Notes under the pieces: generated by a model | The model's input: only the letters and a program-made list of their open reading frames with translations | Database searches by the model: none | What the model was told of the DNA's origin: nothing | DNA from: TPA_inf: Saccharomyces | Lineage: Eukaryota | Direction: 5' to 3' | Assembly (NCBI GenBank): GCA_000146045.2 | Contig: BK006934.2 | Span: forward strand, 128,001 to 192,000 | Length of the DNA stretch: 64,000 nt | Made by a program: the position numbers and the translations under genes | Shown here: in pieces, positions 31,438 through 42,798 of the stretch | How the letters are laid out: every line of letters begins with the position of its first letter | Numbering within the stretch: the stretch's first letter is position 1

Positions 31438-32511
31438 ATGGTTCGTGCCTTCAAAATTAAAGTTCCAGCTTCTTCCGCCAATATCGGCCCTGGTTATGAT
31501 GTTCTTGGTGTCGGTCTTTCTCTATTCTTGGAGTTAGATGTCACCATCGACTCCAGCCAAGCTCAGGAAACAAACGACGATCCCAACAACTGCAAGCTGT
31601 CTTACACTAAAGAAAGTGAAGGCTATTCTACGGTCCCATTGCGTTCTGATGCTAACCTGATTACCAGGACTGCGTTATATGTGTTGCGTTGCAACAATAT
31701 TAGAAACTTCCCCTCCGGAACCAAAGTTCACGTCTCCAACCCAATCCCACTTGGCCGTGGATTGGGTTCCTCTGGTGCAGCAGTTGTGGCAGGTGTTATT
31801 TTAGGTAACGAAGTGGCCCAATTGGGTTTCTCTAAGCAACGTATGTTGGACTACTGTTTGATGATTGAACGTCATCCAGACAACATAACCGCTGCTATGA
31901 TGGGAGGCTTTTGCGGTTCATTCCTAAGGGACTTGACCCCACAAGAGGTGGAAAGACGTGAGATTCCATTGGCTGAGGTGCTTCCAGAACCTTCTGGTGG
32001 TGAAGATACCGGTCTGGTTCCCCCATTACCTCCCACCGATATCGGTAGACATGTCAAATACCAATGGAACCCCGCCATTAAATGTATTGCGATCATCCCA
32101 CAGTTCGAGTTGTCCACCGCCGACTCCAGAGGCGTTCTTCCAAAAGCCTACCCAACCCAGGACTTGGTTTTCAATCTACAAAGATTGGCCGTCTTGACCA
32201 CAGCTTTGACCATGGACCCACCTAATGCCGACTTAATCTACCCTGCTATGCAAGATCGTGTCCACCAACCTTATAGAAAGACATTGATCCCAGGTCTCAC
32301 GGAAATCTTATCATGTGTCACCCCATCCACATACCCTGGCCTATTGGGTATCTGCTTGTCAGGTGCAGGCCCAACTATCTTGGCTTTGGCCACTGAGAAT
32401 TTCGAAGAAATCTCTCAAGAAATTATCAACAGGTTCGCCAAAAACGGCATCAAGTGCTCCTGGAAACTACTGGAGCCTGCCTACGATGGTGCTAGCGTCG
32501 AACAGCAATGA
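31438..32511 (+). CDS. THR1: Homoserine kinase (357 aa)
   Basis: GHMP kinase motif PLGRGLGSSGAAVVAG. ATG at 31438. Confidence 0.9.
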   Translation: MVRAFKIKVPASSANIGPGYDVLGVGLSLFLELDVTIDSSQAQETNDDPNNCKLSYTKESEGYSTVPLRSDANLITRTALYVLRCNNIRNFPSGTKVHVSNPIPLGRGLGSSGAAVVAGVILGNEVAQLGFSKQRMLDYCLMIERHPDNITAAMMGGFCGSFLRDLTPQEVERREIPLAEVLPEPSGGEDTGLVPPLPPTDIGRHVKYQWNPAIKCIAIIPQFELSTADSRGVLPKAYPTQDLVFNLQRLAVLTTALTMDPPNADLIYPAMQDRVHQPYRKTLIPGLTEILSCVTPSTYPGLLGICLSGAGPTILALATENFEEISQEIINRFAKNGIKCSWKLLEPAYDGASVEQQ

Positions 32512-32843
32512 AATGTCCTTTACCCCTAGTATACTGTGTTAAATACTATTGTAGACCATATACATACTGTAATTGACCGTTAACGGTTATTATGCTGAGT
32601 CTTCTTCCGTTACCCGTCTTTTCTATCTATTTCGAAAATAAAAAATAAGTGAAAAGAACGAAATTTCACAACCATTAACAATACAGATAATGAATCGAAG
32701 TTGTTTTCAGTCTCAATTCAAAAGACTCATAGCCAAGGCCAGTTGATTGATTTAGCCACAAGTATCATTCAACGTAATATCCACAGGTGTTTTTTTTCTC
32801 ACCGGAAGGCGAATAAAATACAGGAGCTAGAGCGTGTAAGATA

Positions 32844-33485
32844 ATGAACAAGGAATCTAAAGATGATGATATGTCCTTGGGGAAGTTTTCCTTCTCCCAC
32901 TTCCTATATTACTTGGTGCTAATAGTAGTAATAGTGTACGGTTTGTACAAGCTTTTCACTGGACATGGATCCGACATTAATTTCGGGAAGTTCTTGTTAA
33001 GGACATCCCCTTATATGTGGGCCAATCTTGGTATTGCCCTTTGTGTAGGCTTAAGTGTCGTGGGGGCAGCATGGGGTATTTTCATTACTGGTTCATCCAT
33101 GATTGGTGCCGGTGTGCGTGCTCCAAGGATTACCACCAAGAATTTAATTTCCATTATTTTCTGTGAAGTGGTTGCCATTTACGGTCTGATTATTGCCATT
33201 GTCTTTTCTTCGAAATTGACTGTGGCTACTGCTGAGAACATGTACTCGAAATCAAACCTGTACACTGGTTATTCTCTTTTCTGGGCAGGTATCACTGTCG
33301 GTGCTTCCAATTTGATTTGTGGTATCGCTGTCGGTATCACCGGTGCGACTGCTGCCATTTCCGATGCTGCTGATTCCGCATTGTTTGTTAAAATTTTGGT
33401 CATTGAAATTTTCGGGTCCATTTTAGGTTTATTAGGTTTGATTGTTGGTTTATTGATGGCCGGTAAAGCTTCTGAATTTCAGTAA
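32844..33485 (+). CDS. VMA16: V-ATPase V0 proteolipid subunit c'' (213 aa)
   Basis: Five TM helices with the essential Glu in the [14 protein letters not shown] helix. ATG at 32844. Confidence 0.9.
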
Positions 33486-33729
33486 GCGCTCAAACCAGGC
33501 TTTTCTTTTCCGTTTTTACGAGCTAGATAAGCGCATCCATATTTACTAATAGATATAATGAGATATCTGAGATACATGTGTATGTATATATGCACGTTTT
33601 CTTTTATTATCTAAAAATCATATTATATTAAGTAAGAGAAAAAAATGTACAACTATATAAATATATATTTATTTAAAATGGTTTTGAATTTTTCCTATTC
33701 TGGTTGATATTGCCCAAAAGCTATTCAGT

Positions 33730-36711
33730 TTACTCCTCTTCACGATAGTCAGGGTTCTTCTTTAAAATTACTACGCCCTCAATATGGCTTGTGTAACTAA
33801 TATATTCATCAGTTTCTAGTTCTGCTCTTTCGCCATGATTTAGTAAAACAGGAGTGGATTGCGTAATCCAGCCAGTAATCTTTTTTGGTCTGCCTGCTTG
33901 GCCGACAGTTTCCACTGCTTGACCAACGCGCACATTAACCTTTATTGGCTCTCCCTCATCGTTTAATGCTAGAATAAACTTTGGCCTTATACCGGCATTC
34001 AACATGTAGAACAATTGATGATGCTTCAACATGAAACTTGGCGATACTAAACCAACTGCGGTAGTTAATATTGATGCTAATGTCACCTTATTCAAAACAT
34101 GTGCATCATTGAACACATCCATTGTCATAGTACCTTTACCAAGATGCAATAACCCTTGTGCTAATCTGGTGATAAACAAAGCGTCTTGTTCACGTGAATA
34201 ATAACTTGCCAACTGTCTTAATAGTTGAGCTAACCTTGCATTGTTAGTACCAGCACCACATAGACCCATAGCGAAAATTGAATTCATTGAAACTTCTAAA
34301 TCGGCGTCATGTGAAAAACGAGTTAAGGTATCGAACACCTTCATTTGTGGATCAGAAACGGAAACAATACCCATCGCTAAAGGAACCATACGACGGATGT
34401 GTTCATTACCATAATGCATTAAATGACCAAAATGACGTAAAGACATTTCCTTGCCAATATCTTCACCAAGGGCAATCAAAGCAATACCCAAAACTGCATA
34501 AGCAAGTTCATCGACTATGCCTGCTTCTTTTTCTTCCTCCTCATCATCATTTTTCCCGTCCGTAGTAGCATCCTTATCGGAAGATTTTCCCTTCTTTTCT
34601 TCGGATTTTATCTCTTCACCTTCTAAACTCTCACCATTCTTCTTCTCTGTTATTTCTGCTTTAACTTCAACTTCCTCTCCTTCGGCATCAACCTCCATTT
34701 CGTCCACTTCGATCTCAGCTTCCTCGTTCTTGGTAGGTTCATTCACTTGCTCACCCAAAAAGTCACTTATGCTATTAGTCTGTCCTTCGGCAGTTTCTTC
34801 TTCATCTGCATCTTCTTCACCTTTTACGTTTTTAGGGGTCAAACGATGTAACAAATCTTGAATTAACAAAACATCACCCGTACCAGTATAAGCACATGAA
34901 CCAACTAATACTTCAATAGCTGATGTCATTGGATGTTCAATAGCACTAATAGTTTCTAAAACATCATCCACCTGTTCACCTTGGCCCATGTATAGAATAC
35001 CTAAAGCAAGTGCCAAAAACCTTACCCAGTCGGTCTTCAACTCGATGGCTGTACGCTCTAAAAAGTTGTCCATGATAGAAGTTGTAATGTCACCATTACA
35101 AGTACCAACGAAAACATGAGCCAAAGCTAAGGAAGCCATAGCTGCAGTTTCAATAGGCAAGTCAGTGGATGCGGCAATTGGTAATAACAAACCCAACACT
35201 TCGTCATTCTTGCTACCAGCAAATGCAATACCCAGGCCAAGAATAGCTGCTGAACTAATTTTAGTGTCTGGGTTAGTAACATAATCTTGCAAAAGTAACA
35301 AAGCTGGTTCAACTTCACCATCATGCACACCGGAAGCGGAAATACCAATACCTAATAATGCACCAGCTTTAACTTCTGGCTCATCAACGTAGAGATACTT
35401 ATCCAGTTGTTGCAAACCATCGAGATTCCACTGGTATATAGATCCAATACTAGCTACCGCGGAAGTCATACCGTCACCTTTGGTTTTATATACCCAATTA
35501 TCATTATCCACAATTAATTTATCGTTACAATAACCTAAGTTTAAGAACCCGTTGACAAATGACGAAGCTAGATTTTGTTGAGCAGAATCTAGGCCGGCGC
35601 TTGAGAACACAGATTTAGAGTTATCCAAATGGCTCTTATAAATGTCTTCTGGGACTTTTGGCCCAGTTAGATTCAATTCTTTAGCAAGATATAAAAAGTG
35701 TTCAGACAATTTACCATTTCCAATTATATCCTGAACACCTTCATACTCAAACGATGTCTTTTGTGCGGCTAAAATATATGCTAATTGTTTATGCATCACT
35801 GGATCGCTAGTAGCATCGAAAACGGATCTGATCATATCCTCTTCCCCTAGTCTAACTGCCAAAGCAATTGCATCTGTAAGTTCGTTCTGAGATAGATAAA
35901 TAGAATATGCGGTTTTTAAAAAGGCAACGTCTTCAGGAGGTGGCAAAAGTGGAACACATGCAACCATATATTGACAAACTCTTTGGAAGGTATTCTCATC
36001 GACAAATTGAGGTAGCTTGTCAATAGATTCAATTTCCAAAAGCAAATCTACCGCGTCTTCTTCACCGTTGTGTTTCAAAAAGTATGGGACAATGTCTAAA
36101 CATAGACGAAGAGTATCTTCCTTGGAAAATTCGAACCCGGAAGTAGCCGCAGATCCATCGCTTTTAGATCCATCAGATGATGTTTCATCTTCAGCATCTT
36201 TTTCCACTTGATCATTATATACTTCACCGATCTCCAAAGCTAAATGACGGATGTACTCATGTCCCCACCCTTCAAAATCAGAAACGTCGGAGAGTAATCT
36301 ATATCTCAATGAATCGTGTTTACCATTTTCAGAGTATGTCATGGCTAAAATGGACAAGACATCCGCTAAAGAGGATTTCAAGTTTGGATCTGTCCATTTG
36401 TCGTAGATAGAACATAGGTCTGGATATGTCGGACGAAGGAATTTCAAAGGTTTGGGAACGGCGGTCATAGAACTCGTAGAATTTTTGATCGATTCCTTTA
36501 AGGCATTCAAAGACGCTTCATATAAAGATGAATCGTCTTCTTTCAGCCTTTCAACCAATAGCTCTAAATCTGTTTTAAGCTTTGCATCTTCTTCGGATAG
36601 CTGCTCCTCTTCCTCCTTTTTTTTATCCTTCTTATTTGGTGTCTGCTTTTCAGGACTTATCTGCGATTGTTCATCAATAGTCTGTTGTTTCTTATCACTT
36701 TCGTCTACCAT
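33730..36711 (-). CDS. RPN1: 26S proteasome regulatory subunit Rpn1 (993 aa from the ATG at 36711)
   Basis: PC-repeat (toroid) architecture with an acidic insertion ([12 protein letters not shown]…). The ORF-track start at 36732 extends 7 codons upstream; the ATG of [15 protein letters not shown]… is at 36711-36709. Confidence 0.9.
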
Positions 36712-36977
36712 TTTCTTGCAATTGTCTTCCAAATTTATACGAATCGCACCTTATGTAGACCAATGGGCAAGTTTGTTAGTGAAGAATTATAGATTTGACC
36801 AAATTTGCTTAATTACTTATACCCTTTGCCAAATTTCGTGCTCGCCTTTTGCCACCGTAAAACACATCATCTTCTACGAACATTAATCTGTTATATTACC
36901 AATTTTATATATACATAGTATGTAAATATGAAAATGTTTTATGAATGTCTCTATGAGATGAGCTGTAAATAGTCAAC

Positions 36978-39434
36978 TCATTTGACAAATTGCCCATCGA
37001 AAGCACGCTTTGCCCAATCCAATAGCTTGTCAAAAACGATTACATTCGCATTATGGTATCTTATACTATGATCTGAGTCAGGAAAGACGTGGACGTCATA
37101 ATTTTCCACACCATTTAGATCCAAAAGGTCCAGAAACTTTAGGGAATTTTGAAAGTGAACGTTATCATCTCCTGTTCCGTGCATCAACAAAAATCTATTT
37201 GCTTGTGCCAAAGCAGTGACATTATGAACGCTTGATTCTACGTATCCATCAAAGTTTTCTTGAGGAGTATGCATGTACCTCTCAGTATAAACAGAATCGT
37301 AAAATCTCCAGTCGGTTACTGGCGCAACTGACATCCCGTATTTGAAATGTCTTCCGCCATCTTTCTCCAAAGTTTTTAGTGTCAGGTACCCCCCGTATGA
37401 CCAACCAAATAAGGAAATCTTTTGCGGATCAACAAAAGTTAAAGAACCATATAAGGAAGCCGCAGATATTTGGTCGCGGGCCTCGTAATCACCGAGCCTA
37501 TCGCGAACAAGGGATCTAAAGTCTTGACCTTTGAAGCCAGTACCACGACCGTCAACAACAACTACAATTGCGTTTAATTGTGAAGCTACCACTTCATTAA
37601 ATCCTACGGAAAACGTTTTGACAACTTGTTGAGAATTCGGTCCCCCATATGCAAAGAAAAATACAGGATAGTGGTCACTTAACGTTTCATCGAAATCATT
37701 TGGTAGGATTTCATACGAGTTCACTAGTATATCCTTTCCAAATTCGTCCTTTCCTAGGTTCAATTCCCTGAATGATTTTCTGGGTACCGCATAATCTTCT
37801 AAAATTTTGGTAAGTACTTCGTTCTTTTCCAAATGGTATAGTGATTTGCCTAAAACATTACCTTTGTCGCATTTTTCTGCTTTACGAGAATGGAAGTCCA
37901 CAATTTTTTGATATGGAACTTTTGGTCCTTTATAGGTGAGTAAACCAAACCTTCTACCAGAAGAAAAGGACACATCATAGACACCATCCTCAGAAGTATC
38001 AGTAACTTCAATAATTTCATTTGGTGACCGTAAATCTATGTAGTAAACGTGGCGTTCGGTTGAACTCTTTCGTGTAGAAATGAAGTAAAGACGATTTTCC
38101 ATTGAATCAAAGGCAAGTGGGCCATTCACCACTTCCCATTTCCCCTCTGTCAATGTTTTATAGTGTGAACTATTACTATTTTCGAAATAAGCCAAATGAT
38201 TGTAACCACCAATCGGAAGAATATCAACATAACCATTATGAGGCCTATCAAATGTTTCATTTGCCGGAATAAACAGAGTATTATGAGTAATCTCCCACCA
38301 TCCTCCGTTAGAACTTTCGTTCCTTACCACGTTTGAAGTCTTTGCAATTGTATCTATCAAAAACACAGTCAATATGTCCGAGGATCGATCGGTAGTTTTA
38401 ACTAAAACGTTTCCATTTCCTACCCATGTAACTTCAGTAATTAACAGACTTCCATCTTTTTTATTTCCACTTATTCTTGGATGGAACGATGTTCCATCTT
38501 TCATACTGTAAACCCATAGCTCTGCATGAGGATTTGGCGTGCCACTTTTTGGATACTTGATACTGCGCATTTCGGGGTATATATCCTTTTCATCTTGGAC
38601 ATAATATGGAATGATAAACTCACCAACTTCTGATTCATCAATTTTCAAGAATGCCAGGTAATCACCAGTTGGTGACCACCACGCAGCCTTGTCGTCTTCA
38701 AAAACTTCTTCCTCGTAAACCCAATCTGGCTTACCGTTAAAAAGAAAGGAGCTTCCGTCGTTGGTCACAGCCCGTATGGTCTTTTTGGAAATAGCAGAAT
38801 AAATATATATATTGTTATCTTGGACGTATGCAATATCATTAGAATTAGGGGACCATATTGCTAGAGCCACCTCGTTTCCAATCTCCTCAAAGGACGAGCT
38901 ACTCTTATCGTAGACAAAATAAGAACCAAACGTTGAGTGTCTCCAATTTTGTACGCTATTTGTTCTAATTAATAACCGCTTCAGGTCGGGAGACGCAGTT
39001 ATTGACTCCACAGTGAGGTTTTGACCGTTATGAATGAAAGTTTTTCCCTCTAATAAAACGCTATTATATGAGTCATCGTAGACAGATTTAACAACGTAAC
39101 TATCGTTCATAAATGTAACATAAAGACCTAGATCGTTGCTTTCAATTTTATTGTCACTAATCCATTGCAGCTCGTGATATTTGGGTTGAAATGTATTGTT
39201 TCTTACAACAGAAAACGACACCTTTAATTTCCCATCATTGGTGTAATTAGAGTTGGGTTCTTGATAATCTGGTGTGTTTGAATGGTGAGGTATACTTTTT
39301 AGCAACAAAACAGTGCCCCATATCAGGAGTACAAGGATTATTCCGACCCTTATGAGCTTATCTAACAAATGCTTCTTTTTTGTATCGAAAAGTTCATCAG
39401 GAATGCGCTCAACTTCTTCTTCGCCACCTTCCAT
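36978..39434 (-). CDS. DAP2: Dipeptidyl aminopeptidase B, type II membrane protein (818 aa)
   Basis: N-terminal signal-anchor, beta-propeller, and a C-terminal S9 alpha/beta-hydrolase triad region (GWSYGGY…D…H). Confidence 0.9.
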   Translation of the reverse strand: MEGGEEEVERIPDELFDTKKKHLLDKLIRVGIILVLLIWGTVLLLKSIPHHSNTPDYQEPNSNYTNDGKLKVSFSVVRNNTFQPKYHELQWISDNKIESNDLGLYVTFMNDSYVVKSVYDDSYNSVLLEGKTFIHNGQNLTVESITASPDLKRLLIRTNSVQNWRHSTFGSYFVYDKSSSSFEEIGNEVALAIWSPNSNDIAYVQDNNIYIYSAISKKTIRAVTNDGSSFLFNGKPDWVYEEEVFEDDKAAWWSPTGDYLAFLKIDESEVGEFIIPYYVQDEKDIYPEMRSIKYPKSGTPNPHAELWVYSMKDGTSFHPRISGNKKDGSLLITEVTWVGNGNVLVKTTDRSSDILTVFLIDTIAKTSNVVRNESSNGGWWEITHNTLFIPANETFDRPHNGYVDILPIGGYNHLAYFENSNSSHYKTLTEGKWEVVNGPLAFDSMENRLYFISTRKSSTERHVYYIDLRSPNEIIEVTDTSEDGVYDVSFSSGRRFGLLTYKGPKVPYQKIVDFHSRKAEKCDKGNVLGKSLYHLEKNEVLTKILEDYAVPRKSFRELNLGKDEFGKDILVNSYEILPNDFDETLSDHYPVFFFAYGGPNSQQVVKTFSVGFNEVVASQLNAIVVVVDGRGTGFKGQDFRSLVRDRLGDYEARDQISAASLYGSLTFVDPQKISLFGWSYGGYLTLKTLEKDGGRHFKYGMSVAPVTDWRFYDSVYTERYMHTPQENFDGYVESSVHNVTALAQANRFLLMHGTGDDNVHFQNSLKFLDLLDLNGVENYDVHVFPDSDHSIRYHNANVIVFDKLLDWAKRAFDGQFVK

Positions 39435-39620
39435 GAGTAATTTGGCTTATTGGTATGTTGCAAAAATACTCTCTGAAAGAATACTTCGAATTTCGGCACT
39501 TCTTATGTACACTTTGATGGAAGCTTTCTTGATAAGGAATTCTCCGTCTATTTCCTTCAATACCGCCTCCGGCGGTATTGAAGGAGAAAAATTTGGGCGG
39601 GAGCATATTATTGTAATTAA

Positions 39621-39648
39621 TATATACATATATATATATATATATACA
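39621..39648. repeat. (AT)n/(TA)n microsatellite in the DAP2/YHI9 intergenic region
   Basis: tatatacatatatatatatatatatac, seen directly. Confidence 0.8.
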
Positions 39649-39676
39649 TCAACCTTACAACTATGCGTTTAGAATC

Positions 39677-40561
39677 CTAAACTTTGATCTTACCATCAAT
39701 AACGGTAGTGGCATGACCTGCTATATAGTAGGAAGTGCTATTATCAGCTTCTTTCTTAATTGAAGCTAACATTAGGCCATTTCTTTTTAACCTTCCACCC
39801 TCAGAAATGGTAATATCCGTGGTTTTCTCAAACTTATAAACTTCTTGCAAATATCTTGCAAGGGCTACAGAACCACTACCACAAACAGGATCTTCATAAA
39901 CGTTTATCACCGGAGCAAACGCCCTCATTTCGTAGGAGTTTTTGATGGCGGCTTCCTTTTTAGGGCCCGCTAGGATAATTCCCACATGGTCATTCTGTTT
40001 TGTCTGGTGTGCAAGCATAGCAAAATTTGGGTTTGCATTGAAGCAAGTTTCTGCATCTTCTACTAGCGCCACGATCCACTCTGGCCCAGTATGTAAAAGA
40101 GCAGGAGGCTTTATGAATTTCAAACCAATCGCTTTTTCATAATCAGCAATCATCTCACTCGATATACTTTCGTAATCAGCCATCGGAGCTTTGAAGCTAA
40201 TTAGTCCCTCATTAATTGTTATTGGAACAGCGCCTATTTTACATTCCTGGACGAGAGAAGTCGCAGTGGTGTTTTTGGTGAACTCAAGGAAAGCCTTACA
40301 TGAACCAATGGTTGGGTGACCAGCAAATGGCAATTCACTTCTTGGAGTAAAGATCCTCAACTTGTAATCATACTTTTTATCAGATGGTTTAAATAAAAAC
40401 GTTGTTTCTGATAAGTTTGTCCAGTTGGCAATTGCCTGCAATTCTTCTTGACTGACTTCATTTTCATCAATTTCCAAGAAGTTTATTACTGCTACTGGAT
40501 TTCCCATAAAGGGCTTCTCAGTGAATACATCAACTTGTTTGAAAGGTACCATTAAAGTCAT
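39677..40561 (-). CDS. YHI9: PhzF-family (phenazine-biosynthesis-like) isomerase (294 aa)
   Basis: PhzF/DapF-fold signature (…[16 protein letters not shown]…, …[17 protein letters not shown]…). Confidence 0.85.
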
Positions 40562-40889
40562 ATTCTAAGCGCTTGGTTTTTTTTATCTTATCTTCCTTGT
40601 GTCATATTTAGACATTTAGTTTAGTATTCTAGGTGCTTAAATAATGAATATTGTCTATAGATGACTAATCATAAATGAACGAAAAGAAAGAATTCAAGAG
40701 GCGATAACAAACTTCCGCGGAGTACGATTAAGATAAGCGTCGGAGGAGGAATTTGATATACGAGCTACAACAAGAGCACGTATATATATATATATTTGTA
40801 TACGTTCATATACATCATATATACACATTGTCTGTAAGCTTACATCTATGGTGATTCTATACTTCCCCGGTTACTTATAGTTTTTTGTC

Positions 40890-41170
40890 CTAAAAATATT
40901 TTCTATCTAATCCAAACTCCAGCTCTTTTTCAAGGTCTAGAAGCGTGCCGTTATCATTCTGAGGCGGAATATCTGCGGTATTTCCAGTGGCAGGTCTCAT
41001 CTCCATCATACTCTCTTGAGGTCGAGGTGGGAAATCTGCATCATGCCTTGGCAAATTTTGGGAGTGAATACCAAATGATTCTTGTTGTGGCGCAACAGAA
41101 TTAGACGTGGCCATCTGTTTTGGATAATTTTCTTCACTCGCTGCGGCGTTGCCATTATCCACATCTGAAG

Positions 41171-41219
<49 letters not shown>

Positions 41220-42344
41220 TAATTGTAATTGCCTTTGCTCTTCTAATAGCGGTTGTCTCACAAACAGCCTGAAATCTTGCACTTCTTGTATAACCATTTG
41301 TTTTAAGTCCTCCATATCATTAACCGATTCAAAACTAAATTCGAATTTTTCACTACACACAGGTTCGTCAGCTGGATCATGCCATATAGACAAGTAAGGA
41401 TGCTCCAGGGCCTCATCCACGGTAATTCTCTTTTGAGGGTCAAACGCGAGCATTTGCTCCAATAAGTCTAATGCTTGTGAATTGGCATTTGGGTATAAAT
41501 TGACAAAAGGTACTTTTGGAATGAAACCTAATTGATGTATGTAGTCCTGAACATTTTTAGAACCAATCCTTCTTAAAGTTTCGTCTGGGGGTGTCCCTAA
41601 AACTTGTAATATTTGATTCAATTGATTAACGTAATCCTTTCCTTTGAAGATTGGCTTTCCACCAAGAAACTCCGCTAAAATACAGCCAGCTGACCATACG
41701 TCAATCGCCTTGGTATATCCTTGGTAACTCAACATTATTTCCGGAGCTCTATACCATCTAGTGGCCACGTACTCCGTCAAAAATTGACTGTTTTCGACAG
41801 GATTCTCCGAATAACCTCTAGCTAACCCAAAATCACAGATTTTCAATTGACAATCTGCATTGACAAGCAAATTGCCGGGCTTCAAATCACGATGCAAGAC
41901 ATCTGCAGAATGAATATACTTTAAACCACATAATATTTGGTATGTGAAACTTTGATAGTGAGCATCCGTCAAAGGTTGACCGGATTTGATGATTTGGTGC
42001 ATATCACATTCCATAAGTTCCTCATAAAGATATAGTCCATTGATAGACCCGTCTGGATAAAAAACAATATCCATATCATAAAGACATGTAATATTTTTGT
42101 GGCCTCTGAAATGTCTCAAAAGCTTTAGCTCACGTAGGGATCTTTTACATAGTAAGGTCTTCGAAAAAACGTTTGTCACTTTCTTGATGGCAACTGTGGT
42201 ATCTTCGGCAGCTTCTGCAAACCGCGCTGAACACACTATGCCGTATGCTCCATGCCCTATTTCTTTGATAAGTTGAAACCTCTTATCTACACTGAAATCT
42301 TGATTGAAGACCTTGAAAGTATGCCTCTCTATCTTATCAGCCAT
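40890..42344 (-). CDS. SLT2: Cell-wall-integrity MAP kinase (484 aa) with C-terminal poly-Q
   Basis: Kinase subdomains ([28 protein letters not shown] activation loop in [13 protein letters not shown]), then Q16 and a C-terminal tail. Confidence 0.95.
41170..41235 (-). repeat. Coding (CAG/CAA)n trinucleotide repeat: Q16 plus QLQLQ in SLT2
   Basis: Plus strand gctgctgttgctgttgctgttgctgttgctgctgctgttgctgctgctgtaattgtaattg. Confidence 0.85.
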
Positions 42345-42798
42345 CTCCCAGAATTGTTATACACGCCCTTCAATTATTTCTACTATTTTGATAGCTTCAA
42401 TAAGAAAATCTGTGGCCTAGATTTGCTGACTGAATGCACAGTTCGTCTAATATATATATATATCTGGCAGACCAGGGTCTTCAATTAAATCTAAATATTT
42501 GTGTAGGATCTGATTTCCCTCACTTTTTTTTTCGATATATTCCTGGCTAGATCTCCTTTTTCAGTTTCTATTTTTAACACTGAAACTTTCCATTCTGCCA
42601 ACATTTCGCAGTCTTCTATAAAAAAAAAAAAAGATAATATAAAAATCGCCGCATACGTAGGCTTAGCTAAATAGATGGCTTCTAGATGAATATTTCGGGA
42701 TTCTGTTAAATTATACAGATAGGCTCACAAGTATTCGAACCTGTATAGAACAAGAAAAGAAAACTTCAACTAGAGTATATGCATTTATTCGTTGCAAG

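Noticed and set aside
34278-34861. 95-aa and 114-aa Ser-rich ORFs antisense to RPN1; also 36017..36886 ORFs overlapping the RPN1 5' end
   Set aside because: Antisense to the acidic/repetitive part of a conserved proteasome subunit. Compositionally trivial (poly-Ser/Phe), with no start context.
42345-42798. Rlm1 (CTA(W)4TAG) sites in the SLT2 promoter
   Set aside because: Looked for the 10-bp MADS-box motif. Only partial matches (ctaaatag, ctatttttaa) were seen, not enough to call.
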